Source: a virus. From it: 64,000 bases of DNA. The position numbers and the translations under genes were made by a program. Positions 56,818 through 64,000 of this stretch are shown piece by piece (the first letter of the stretch is position 1; each line of letters begins with the position of its first letter). The stretch lies in IMG/VR virus record IMGVR_UViG_3300009129_001089; one strand, given 5' to 3'. The notes under the pieces are model-generated. The model had not been told where the DNA came from. It worked only from the letters and a program-made list of their open reading frames with translations, and did not search any database.

Positions 56818-57284
56818 TACTTCAACGTCCTATATATTTCCATCAGCTCAGTGTCGGATATAGGAGTTGCCATTGTGTAATATTTTTGGTGTCCGACAGA
56901 CATAAAACCTTTTAAGTCTGCGAAACTTGGATATGTACTTTGCAAACCGGAAATTAAATGGTCAGGATCTAAATGACATTCAGCACATTCGTTACCTTTT
57001 GACATAACTCTAGTGGCCGCCTTATATCTTTCACTTTGTACTAATACTGAGTTTAAATCTTTTTCAATCCAGTCGACTTTTTCTTGCATGTCGGGAATAA
57101 TGAAAAATATTAACCATGCTAATAAAGCAATAATAATATAATCTAAAGTTTTAATGCCTTTGACTGATTCAAAGGTTTCACTCTCAATTTGCTTTACAGG
57201 TTCAAATTTCACTTCTTCTTCGCCATTTGTAGTTACCGTCGTCTGAACAGTATCTTTTGTAGTTTTAGTTTTTTGTTCTGCCAT
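56817..57284 (-). CDS. Membrane-anchored putative monoheme c-type cytochrome
   Basis: One TM then CAECH. Confidence 0.55.
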   Translation of the reverse strand: MAEQKTKTTKDTVQTTVTTNGEEEVKFEPVKQIESETFESVKGIKTLDYIIIALLAWLIFFIIPDMQEKVDWIEKDLNSVLVQSERYKAATRVMSKGNECAECHLDPDHLISGLQSTYPSFADLKGFMSVGHQKYYTMATPISDTELMEIYRTLK

Positions 57285-57300
57285 GTTAACCTAACTTAAT

Positions 57301-57645
57301 TTACTTTGCTTTTCCAATCTGCGTAAGTTTTTTAGTTATTTGTTGTTGGAACCATTTAAGTACAATAGGTATACTTACATTAGATGTTAATCCAAACAAA
57401 TATCCAACCGGATATTTATAACTTGCATAAGGTGCAAGTTGTGGAATATTTGAAAAAACAATCGATATGAGTAAATATCCTGTTACTGCCATACCAAGAT
57501 TTATAAACCAGTCAAAGACAATCAAACCTCTGTGTCCTGCATATTTGTCTCTGTTATCTTGTCTGTAATTGAATAAGAATATAAATGTAGACGAAAATGC
57601 TACTACACCCATCATTACTAATTCATCTATTGCAAATAAATCCAT
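57301..57645 (-). CDS. Small multi-TM membrane protein (holin-like?)
   Basis: Three hydrophobic segments, basic C-terminus; TAAATA and AGGAGG upstream. Confidence 0.6.
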   Translation of the reverse strand: MDLFAIDELVMMGVVAFSSTFIFLFNYRQDNRDKYAGHRGLIVFDWFINLGMAVTGYLLISIVFSNIPQLAPYASYKYPVGYLFGLTSNVSIPIVLKWFQQQITKKLTQIGKAK

Positions 57646-57663
57646 ATAGTTCCTCCTAAATAT

Positions 57664-58242
57664 TTATCTTTTATCATGGTACTTAATAGAACTATTCGGA
57701 TAATATTTGTTTATTAATTCTGTTCTTTTATTTGCAAACCCTTTGATAATACAGTTGTTTATACACCCTATCGGCAAGGTTGTTACCTTATCAAATCTAT
57801 CTTCTGACCAAAGCATACAAGTTTTATATACATCCTCGGGTTTTCCTGTTATTTTCTTTTTATTAAATACACATCCATAATTTATGGTAATAGGAATATC
57901 ATTAGGTGGTTCAAGAAATACAGGAAAACCTACGGTGTTATTTAAATCTACTAATGTGTCATCAGTAGCAATAACTTTAGGCTGAAAAATAACAAAAGTT
58001 TTATCTGTGGGATGTTCGTGTACTGTAAAATATTTTTCTACGAACTTTTTAAATGATAAATTTTTAGGGAAGGGTAACTTATTTTGCTTGTATAACTTAT
58101 AAATTTCTATGACATTTTCTAACGAGGCAGGCCCAGGGTTTGTACAACACGGATCTTTAATACATTCCTGGCAAGGTTGGTCAGTGCATTTTGTATATTT
58201 TTGTCCGTTTATTAAAAATTGTTTAAATTCATCATGTAACAT
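57664..58242 (-). CDS. Cysteine-cluster (YkgJ-like) protein
   Basis: CQEC...CC, GCVF, C, P.GC; start moved 3' of tRNA-Tyr. Confidence 0.55.
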   Translation of the reverse strand: MLHDEFKQFLINGQKYTKCTDQPCQECIKDPCCTNPGPASLENVIEIYKLYKQNKLPFPKNLSFKKFVEKYFTVHEHPTDKTFVIFQPKVIATDDTLVDLNNTVGFPVFLEPPNDIPITINYGCVFNKKKITGKPEDVYKTCMLWSEDRFDKVTTLPIGCINNCIIKGFANKRTELINKYYPNSSIKYHDKR

Positions 58243-58247
58243 AAGTT

Positions 58248-58332
58248 TGGTGGGCAGGGAAGGAATTTGCACCCTCACAGCATTATGCGGCGGATTTACA
58301 GTCCGTTGAGCTCACTCTTGCTCAGCCTACCC
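58248..58332 (-). tRNA. tRNA-Tyr(GTA)
   Basis: GGGTAGG/CCTGCCC acceptor, CTGTAAA loop, long variable arm, encoded CCA; atypical T-loop TGCAAAT. Confidence 0.85.
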
Positions 58333-58339
58333 ATGTGTT

Positions 58340-58414
58340 TGGCACGCCTGCAAGGATTTGAACCCTGACTTAGTGGTTTGGAATCACTTGTGCTACCGTT
58401 GACACTACAGACGT
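58340..58414 (-). tRNA. tRNA-Trp(CCA)
   Basis: ACGTCTG/CAGGCGT acceptor, TTCCAAA loop, TTCAAAT T-loop, encoded CCA. Confidence 0.9.
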
Positions 58415-58486
58415 ATTGGGATAGTTATTGCAATAAAACAATACCTGTCGCCAATAGTAAATTGGTAATGTGTGTGAAACTAACAT
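58370..58486 (-). CDS. Putative Tyr/Trp-rich leader peptide (38 aa) overlapping tRNA-Trp
   Basis: SD AAGGA, then MLVSHTLPIYYWRQVLFYCNNYPNT...; stop inside the tRNA. Confidence 0.4.
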   Translation of the reverse strand: MLVSHTLPIYYWRQVLFYCNNYPNTSVVSTVAQVIPNH

Positions 58487-58512
58487 AATGATTCCTTTTT
58501 TAATGTTAATAT

Positions 58513-58554
58513 GCTGACTACCCGCATCCTAGCACCTCCGCCACCCTCATCAGC
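58513..58554 (-). ncRNA. G-rich stem-closed element at the start of a putative late transcript
   Basis: GCTGA...TCAGC enclosing six G-runs; TAAATA at 58561-58566. Confidence 0.35.
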
Positions 58555-58563
58555 TAAAATTAT

Positions 58564-58635
58564 TTATGACAATACGACCCAAGTCCAGGCCCATACAAGT
58601 AATATAACTCCAATAAAAACTGCTACTCCTGCCAT
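58564..58635 (-). CDS. 23-aa hydrophobic peptide
   Basis: SD AGAGGT; MAGVAVFIGVILLVWAWTWVVLS. Confidence 0.45.
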   Translation of the reverse strand: MAGVAVFIGVILLVWAWTWVVLS

Positions 58636-58780
58636 GTTACCTCTTTAACTGAATTAACTGAAACACCTTCGCTTAACCCTGCAAAGTAATTTGCTTGTTT
58701 AACTGCATCACTAAAATCTACGGCCTTAATAAAAGTAGTATCTATTATCGTGTCTACTAAAAATTTAATTTCGTAAAATT

Positions 58781-58969
58781 TCATTTCTTTATTGAATTAA
58801 TTAAGGTTTCTAATTGTTCAACCGGAGAAAGATCAACTGGTTTTGGCACATATATTGAATTGATTAAGGTTTCTAATTGTTCCATCGGAGAAGGACCAAA
58901 ACCCGACTGTGGATGCTCCGTTCCTTGGGCGTTACCTAATTCTTGTTCTAGTTTTTTTCGTTCTTTCAT
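58781..58969 (-). CDS. Small protein with duplicated SP.EQLETLINSI
   Basis: About 39-bp imperfect direct repeat, period 63 nt (58791, 58854). Confidence 0.6.
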   Translation of the reverse strand: MKERKKLEQELGNAQGTEHPQSGFGPSPMEQLETLINSIYVPKPVDLSPVEQLETLINSIKK

Positions 58970-59187
58970 ACATCCTCCTTTGGAACTATTTGGTATCCGC
59001 CTTTGTTATAATTAATTGCTACTGTAAATCCTTCTGGTATTTTTACTTCTTTCTTTTCTTTTTTAACTCCGCCGCCTTTTCCTGCTCCTGCCATCATGCG
59101 TTCTGCAAAGTTATCAGGTATGTCATCTAAGACAGAATGCCGAGTATATTGTAAATACCCGGCATTTTCTTTTATAATTTTATCCAT
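58966..59187 (-). CDS. Hypothetical early protein
   Basis: YNKGGYQ motif. Confidence 0.6.
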   Translation of the reverse strand: MDKIIKENAGYLQYTRHSVLDDIPDNFAERMMAGAGKGGGVKKEKKEVKIPEGFTVAINYNKGGYQIVPKEDV

Positions 59188-59401
59188 GTAATCTATATTC
59201 TTTATCCCAGCGAGTATAATGCCTAACGTTTTGATCTAACAATCTATTACTGCGGATAATGTATGCTACATTCTTATCAAGCATCTTTCTTGTTAGTGGG
59301 GACATTTCCTTGTCTAACTTTTGAAGATGCATACATTCTGCAACTTTTTCTGCTTTTTTTTGTTGTGCCCTTACATATTGTTGGAAAGTTAAATCTGCCA
59401 T
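59180..59401 (-). CDS. Hypothetical early protein
   Basis: SD AAGGAG. Confidence 0.6.
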   Translation of the reverse strand: MADLTFQQYVRAQQKKAEKVAECMHLQKLDKEMSPLTRKMLDKNVAYIIRSNRLLDQNVRHYTRWDKEYRLHG

Positions 59402-59402
59402 G

Positions 59403-59564
59403 TTATCTCCTTGAACCTAGGTTAACTGTTCTATACTTAACTCCGCCTAACTCTATTACTTCATCTCCGAGCGTCATTGTTGGTCTTTCTTCCTTAGTCG
59501 TTAACACCTTTTCTAAATGCTTTAATTGTTCGCCTAACCTGTCTTTGTATTCTTTCTTGGCCAT
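59403..59564 (-). CDS. Hypothetical early protein (53 aa)
   Basis: Manual ORF with SD AGGAG, first gene after promoter. Confidence 0.55.
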   Translation of the reverse strand: MAKKEYKDRLGEQLKHLEKVLTTKEERPTMTLGDEVIELGGVKYRTVNLGSRR

Positions 59565-59606
59565 CCTATCTCCTAGTTAATGTTAACTAATTTACTTTAT
59601 GTATAT

Positions 59607-59635
59607 ATTATACTATCTAGGATTAAAAATGTCAA
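59607..59635 (-). promoter_or_regulatory. Consensus sigma70 promoter
   Basis: TTGACA-17nt-TATAAT. Confidence 0.85.
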
Positions 59636-60045
59636 CCTTTATATTCAATTCCTCGCCAGCCGATTTTATTTAAATCATCAGAGATGTCATCTGCGATAAG
59701 TCCTTCATTACCTGAGCAGTAATAGTCGAGATAATCTTCTCCGCTACCTCTGAGTGTTGCGACCAAATCCCCAGCATAACGCCAACTACAATGCCAAGCG
59801 TCATCTTCATTCCCATTGCCATGTAACTGACTATCGTGATACCAATTAATATTGCATAAAGCACCATAGAGTCTTGTAGCATATCCATCTTCACTCCTTA
59901 TTTTATCTTTAATAAATTGACAATCAATTAGATCTTGTTCTAGATCTTTCCTCGGACTCGTCTTAAAATTAAAATTCCTCATCTTCTTCTTCCATTTAAT
60001 CCCACAAATGTTCGTACCACTTAGCAAACAAATGCAATCCTTCAT
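59632..60045 (-). CDS. Hypothetical phage protein
   Basis: LYGALCN...WHCSWRYAG...DYLDYYCSG; true start probably internal. Confidence 0.6.
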   Translation of the reverse strand: MKDCICLLSGTNICGIKWKKKMRNFNFKTSPRKDLEQDLIDCQFIKDKIRSEDGYATRLYGALCNINWYHDSQLHGNGNEDDAWHCSWRYAGDLVATLRGSGEDYLDYYCSGNEGLIADDISDDLNKIGWRGIEYKG

Positions 60046-60436
60046 TTACAGTATTGTAATATTCATTCATATACTCATTATAATTTCTATCACCATCCAT
60101 TGCCTCCGTTTCGTGGTCGTCCTTATGAATAATTAAACCAAATGCACGACACATCTTATCAAGGCGGGTGTTCCAAAGCTCTTCATAATATTTACTTTCT
60201 GCGTCACGATCCAAAATCTCTTCAAATGCCATTTGTCGGTCATATTCACGGTGACATCCATCTTCGTTACGATCGACATCTGGGTAACTTTGATGTTCAT
60301 CTTTAAACTTGCAAAGCAACGGGTGTATAATTGTTGCCATTGTGTAATCAGCATTCCAAGTATCATAACCATCAATATGTACGTGATACGCCCTATTCTT
60401 TCTATATGGTCCGATTTTAACTTTCATTTTTCCCAA
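59996..60436 (-). CDS. Hypothetical phage protein
   Basis: YDTWNAD.T, EGL.LF.KW...LWD. Confidence 0.65.
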   Translation of the reverse strand: MGKMKVKIGPYRKNRAYHVHIDGYDTWNADYTMATIIHPLLCKFKDEHQSYPDVDRNEDGCHREYDRQMAFEEILDRDAESKYYEELWNTRLDKMCRAFGLIIHKDDHETEAMDGDRNYNEYMNEYYNTVNEGLHLFAKWYEHLWD

Positions 60437-60657
60437 AACCTATTTTGAGTTTCTTCAATTGCTTCTTCTTTTGACATGCCTTCTTCTCTACATTCTTTAT
60501 ACAAGTAATATGGAATGTCAGTTAATTCACGTAATTTGTCTTCTACTTCTCCCCACCAGCCAATATCATCTTCTTCACCTATTCTATTTCGTTCTTCTTC
60601 TTCCATTTTTTCTTCAAAACGGAGTTCATCTAACCAATCATTACCAGGGTGGCTCAT
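60424..60657 (-). CDS. Acidic hypothetical protein
   Basis: SD GAGGT. Confidence 0.55.
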   Translation of the reverse strand: MSHPGNDWLDELRFEEKMEEEERNRIGEEDDIGWWGEVEDKLRELTDIPYYLYKECREEGMSKEEAIEETQNRFWEK

Positions 60658-60921
60658 ACATACCTCACTTTATTAAGTTTACGATTTCGTTTACGATCAT
60701 AGAGCTTCTTGTTCTTTTTAATGAACGGTCGTTGTCGTGTTATTAACATTATAGTGCTCCAAAAAATATGTATTGATCCATAAATGCCCAAACTTCGTGT
60801 GGTAATTCGGCCCATCTACAAAATTTAATGAATTTAAGATGCCAGAACGAATACCATTCTGCACTAATAAAACTGTATGCATAACCTAGTAAAAATCCTA
60901 GTAATAGTATAACTGTTGTTT

Positions 60922-61182
60922 TCATACAAGAGTTATATTTTTTTCAATGTTACGGATTTGCCATCGCTCCCAAACAATAGTACCAAATTCATCTTCATCG
61001 GTACCTATAAGAGCAAATGTTTTGAATACTTGAGCTGGACGATATCCGTCCATGGTGTGCAAGGTATGAGTAGCACCTTGATCTTCTGACCACTTGCAAG
61101 GTGCGCCTAAATTACAGAAGTGCCTAAGTCCTACTTCTACCTCGTTAAAACTGACGTTGTGATTTTGAAGTTGTCTTAGCAT
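60922..61182 (-). CDS. Hypothetical early protein
   Basis: SD AGGAG after sigma70 promoter. Confidence 0.6.
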   Translation of the reverse strand: MLRQLQNHNVSFNEVEVGLRHFCNLGAPCKWSEDQGATHTLHTMDGYRPAQVFKTFALIGTDEDEFGTIVWERWQIRNIEKNITLV

Positions 61183-61219
61183 GGAATCTCCTATGCAAGT
61201 GTTTAATTATTATACTAGT

Positions 61220-61248
61220 ATTATACTACCTAAGATACTAGAAGTCAA
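61220..61248 (-). promoter_or_regulatory. Sigma70 promoter
   Basis: TTGACT-17nt-TATAAT. Confidence 0.8.
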
Positions 61249-61255
61249 CCTTTTT

Positions 61256-61837
61256 TTACCTAAATGGCTCTCCTGTTGCCCATGAAACTAAGGCATATCT
61301 AGTTCCAGTGAATACTGGTGTTGCCTCATGTAGTAAGTATGAAGGGAAGAATGTAGCCGAGTTGTATTTTTTATTAATGCAAAAAGGCTCGTGGCTTAAA
61401 TGTAAAAGGGTGTCGCCTCCAGTATATTCATTTTCGTTTGATAGTTGCACAACCAATGATAATTTTCTATTAGTAGCATTACCACCTAAATCTAAATGTG
61501 CTTTATAAAAATTATCTGCTTCATATTTTAATAAAAATACATCATAGATCATTGAAAGATTATAACAAAAATACCTGTTGTTAACATCTACAAATTTTCG
61601 CATTAATGTTTGGTACAAATAATTTGAATCATTATGTTGTTCAATAATAATATTTTTTGAATTTCGCACATCTGTTGCTTTAGGCTTTTTTGGATCTCCG
61701 ACCCAGGCATATTCCCATTTTTCGGTATCCATAAGATGATTAATATATTCTAAACATGATGCATCAAAGAAATCATCTTGATTAAAAACATTGGGTTGGG
61801 CTATGTGAGGTGCAAGTAAGTTTGGAGGTATTAACAT
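61256..61837 (-). CDS. PKHD-type 2OG-Fe(II) hydroxylase
   Basis: HLD, RKLS, YTGG, FPS..LHE..PV..GTRYALV.W. Confidence 0.85.
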   Translation of the reverse strand: MLIPPNLLAPHIAQPNVFNQDDFFDASCLEYINHLMDTEKWEYAWVGDPKKPKATDVRNSKNIIIEQHNDSNYLYQTLMRKFVDVNNRYFCYNLSMIYDVFLLKYEADNFYKAHLDLGGNATNRKLSLVVQLSNENEYTGGDTLLHLSHEPFCINKKYNSATFFPSYLLHEATPVFTGTRYALVSWATGEPFR

Positions 61838-62499
61838 GGTATTATCCTTGCATTAACTGCTATAATATATCTATCAGATTTACCATAATATGGAATTGCC
61901 GCATGATCCAAGAAGCCAGGAAATACTATTATTTGTCCGTCTTTTGGAATAAAATCTATTAAATCATTTTGAATCCAATTTAATCCTATATCACCAACAG
62001 GAACAATGGTATTAAATGGTTTATAAAATCTCATACTACCATTTTTATAATCACATTCCGAAACATCTAAAAAATAGATAGCAGAAAAAGACGAATGTGC
62101 ATGATTATGTAAATCGTGATAACCTCCAGTTTTTGTTATATGATACCAACTTTCAGTAACTTCACATTTTTCATCTTGATAGTTAGTATTTTTGGTTAAT
62201 GTTTTAGTGCCAGTTCGAGAACATAAAACTCTATATAACTCAACTATTATTGTTTCGAAATGTTTTTTTAAATTATTTAATACATCATTATTTGCTTCTT
62301 CAAAAAACTTTAAATTAGGAGCAGATTCTGCTAGGTTATATTTTATATGAGGAGATACAAAATCCTTATCTTTTATTTTATTTTGTTTGTCATACTCTTT
62401 AATAAAAGTTACTAGTTGATCTTTATGTTGTTCGTGATCAGGATACACCGTATCTGCTAAAAAACAATCAGAAAAAATATTACCTATATTACTCATCAA
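61831..62499 (-). CDS. 2OG-Fe(II)-type oxygenase (HxH variant)
   Basis: SW.....GG.H..HNH, SAIYFL, FPG.L.H, R...A.N. Confidence 0.8.
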   Translation of the reverse strand: MMSNIGNIFSDCFLADTVYPDHEQHKDQLVTFIKEYDKQNKIKDKDFVSPHIKYNLAESAPNLKFFEEANNDVLNNLKKHFETIIVELYRVLCSRTGTKTLTKNTNYQDEKCEVTESWYHITKTGGYHDLHNHAHSSFSAIYFLDVSECDYKNGSMRFYKPFNTIVPVGDIGLNWIQNDLIDFIPKDGQIIVFPGFLDHAAIPYYGKSDRYIIAVNARIIPC

Positions 62500-63199
62500 A
62501 TTCCCTATACATTATATGCGAATCTTTTCTAAGATTAACTGCTTGATCATAATATTCTTTACTTGCTTGCATAGAAGGATCGCCTAGTCGAAGTTCTACT
62601 GTTTTTTCTTTTCGTTCTACAGGTATAATACACATTAACGGATCTCCTGCTTTTAATGTTATATAACTAAACTCAGTAAGAGGTTTTGTTCGTTTTAGAA
62701 ACAAAGGAAATATTAAATCATGATGATAATTTGTGTTTAATGCACCAGGTATAACTTCATAATCTTTGTCATATTGGAACCACATTGGAGTTTGTATAAC
62801 AGCATATTTTTTTTGAGTTTTACATTGCCAAGGACAATGTAATTTTAATATGCTATGAAAAAAGTTATCTGGCAGATGGGGTCGAACAGTCGCAACTTCT
62901 GGATAATGCCATGAACAAAATTCTTTAGTAACATTTGAATTAAGGGTAACTTCTTGGTCTTCCCAGCGTTCTGCCGGACCAAGTGCAATTTGTAAATCAA
63001 ACCACATTGGTACAACATAGCCATGTTTATATAAATCTTGAAACCCCGGACATCTAGCAGGCGGCGGATGTTTAATGTACTCGTGTTTGTAGTTTACCGC
63101 CGACTGTATAGGATATCTATCATAAATGTATTTCCATTTAGGATCTATATTAAAAATAACATCTTTTTCTTTTTTTAAAAAATTAAACATTAGGTCCAA
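62489..63199 (-). CDS. DUF6065-like beta protein typical of oxygenase clusters
   Basis: CPG..D....GY..P.W, PW, PG...T, GDPL..IIP..R. Confidence 0.55.
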   Translation of the reverse strand: MDLMFNFLKKEKDVIFNIDPKWKYIYDRYPIQSAVNYKHEYIKHPPPARCPGFQDLYKHGYVVPMWFDLQIALGPAERWEDQEVTLNSNVTKEFCSWHYPEVATVRPHLPDNFFHSILKLHCPWQCKTQKKYAVIQTPMWFQYDKDYEVIPGALNTNYHHDLIFPLFLKRTKPLTEFSYITLKAGDPLMCIIPVERKEKTVELRLGDPSMQASKEYYDQAVNLRKDSHIMYREFDE

Positions 63200-63977
63200 T
63201 TCCTTGTTTTACATTCATACATTTAAATAATAATGTTGTACGTAATCCTGGAAAGAACTTATTTGGTTGCATACCTGTCCTAGGTATCATAGAACTAAAA
63301 AATAAAAATCGTCCTGGTTTTGGATACACAGATTTAATAATTTCTGGCTCACTATCTTTTAATGTATCTACACCTTTATAAAATACTGTTGCTCCGTCCC
63401 ATTCTGGTTTCCACATAGGATTAACATAGTATAATACATTCCAAATATGTCCATCTTTATCGTCTGCATGGGGCAAGCCAAATCTACTTTCTGTGATACC
63501 ATGAGCAGAACAATCCAAAATATCTAATTCCATGTCGACAAATTCTTCTGCTAGTTTAACCCGAATTGCTTTCCATAAATCATGTACTCTAAAATTATTT
63601 TGTTGCCACGAATACAATAGATCGCCATTAAAAGACATTTCCCAATGTTGATCTAAAAATTTTACTCCATATTCTTTAGAATCATATTTTTTATCAGATA
63701 AATTATACGACCATTCCTCATATCTATGATTTCCGATATGACCATATTGCCAACCAGGTGCAGTAATTATTTTTGTTAATTCTTCTTGTATTTCTTTATC
63801 GATCAAATCATCATATTGATATATATGTTCATACCACATTTTACCGGATTGATCTTGTTCGCCTATATAACGATCTTTTCCATCTACCTTCCATTTTTTT
63901 GGCATAGTTGTGTATTCTTTTTCTTCAATCGTGTATTCTGGCAATGTTTCTTTTAACTGTTTCTTTTTATCTTCCAT
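63183..63977 (-). CDS. 2OG-Fe(II) oxygenase-like protein
   Basis: HAD, LYY.N..W...WDG.T.F, PKPGR; distal His position reads IPR. Confidence 0.7.
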   Translation of the reverse strand: MEDKKKQLKETLPEYTIEEKEYTTMPKKWKVDGKDRYIGEQDQSGKMWYEHIYQYDDLIDKEIQEELTKIITAPGWQYGHIGNHRYEEWSYNLSDKKYDSKEYGVKFLDQHWEMSFNGDLLYSWQQNNFRVHDLWKAIRVKLAEEFVDMELDILDCSAHGITESRFGLPHADDKDGHIWNVLYYVNPMWKPEWDGATVFYKGVDTLKDSEPEIIKSVYPKPGRFLFFSSMIPRTGMQPNKFFPGLRTTLLFKCMNVKQGIGPNV

Positions 63978-64000
63978 TTTATTTCCTTTTAAAGAACTTT

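Noticed and set aside
58243-58278. N-terminal 12 aa of track ORF 57664-58278
   Set aside because: Overlaps the tRNA-Tyr 3' half; start reassigned to 58242
58545-58553. CTGATGAG resembling a hammerhead ribozyme core
   Set aside because: No stem II followed by GAAA and no stem III
68-61508. All plus-strand ORFs in the track
   Set aside because: They lie antisense to minus-strand genes, have no recognisable motifs and show biased composition
1-64000. Stop-codon reassignment or selenocysteine recoding
   Set aside because: Genes are full-length in the standard code, all three stops are used, and both tRNAs have sense anticodons

Overview
AT-rich, densely coding fragment of a large T4-related (probably jumbo, probably aquatic) dsDNA phage genome. 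Every credible gene lies on the minus strand; the plus-strand ORFs look like antisense shadows. The window holds: (i) replisome genes (PolB, sliding clamp, clamp loader, RNase H/FEN); (ii) a 7-deazaguanine DNA-modification cluster (TGT/DpdA-like, FolE, QueE, a DpdL-type T-fold protein, no QueC or canonical QueD in the window) interleaved with a GT-B glycosyltransferase, PyrF, a purine PRTase, a HIT hydrolase and two 2OG-Fe(II)-type oxygenases; (iii) many late genes whose proteins start with an M-x-x-x-E-hydrophobic-hydrophobic-x-E tag like the T4 capsid-targeting sequence, with nucleotidyltransferase, amidoligase, nuclease-like, metallopeptidase and GNAT-like cargo; (iv) host-like genes (ClpA, HtrA, Def, RpiB, split PurH, AapJ, Na/Pi transporter, BolA, Usg, MotA/ExbB module, PycTM-like protein); (v) tRNA-Trp and tRNA-Tyr; (vi) sigma70-type early promoters and TAAATA late promoters. 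Best new leads: the DpdA-like protein shares an identical FNSLFE C-terminal motif with the DNA polymerase and is translationally coupled to the clamp gene, suggesting replisome-tethered base exchange; a Tyr/Trp-rich leader peptide runs into the tRNA-Trp/tRNA-Tyr pair; and several late genes appear to be leaderless. All family assignments come from motif recognition by eye, without database searches.
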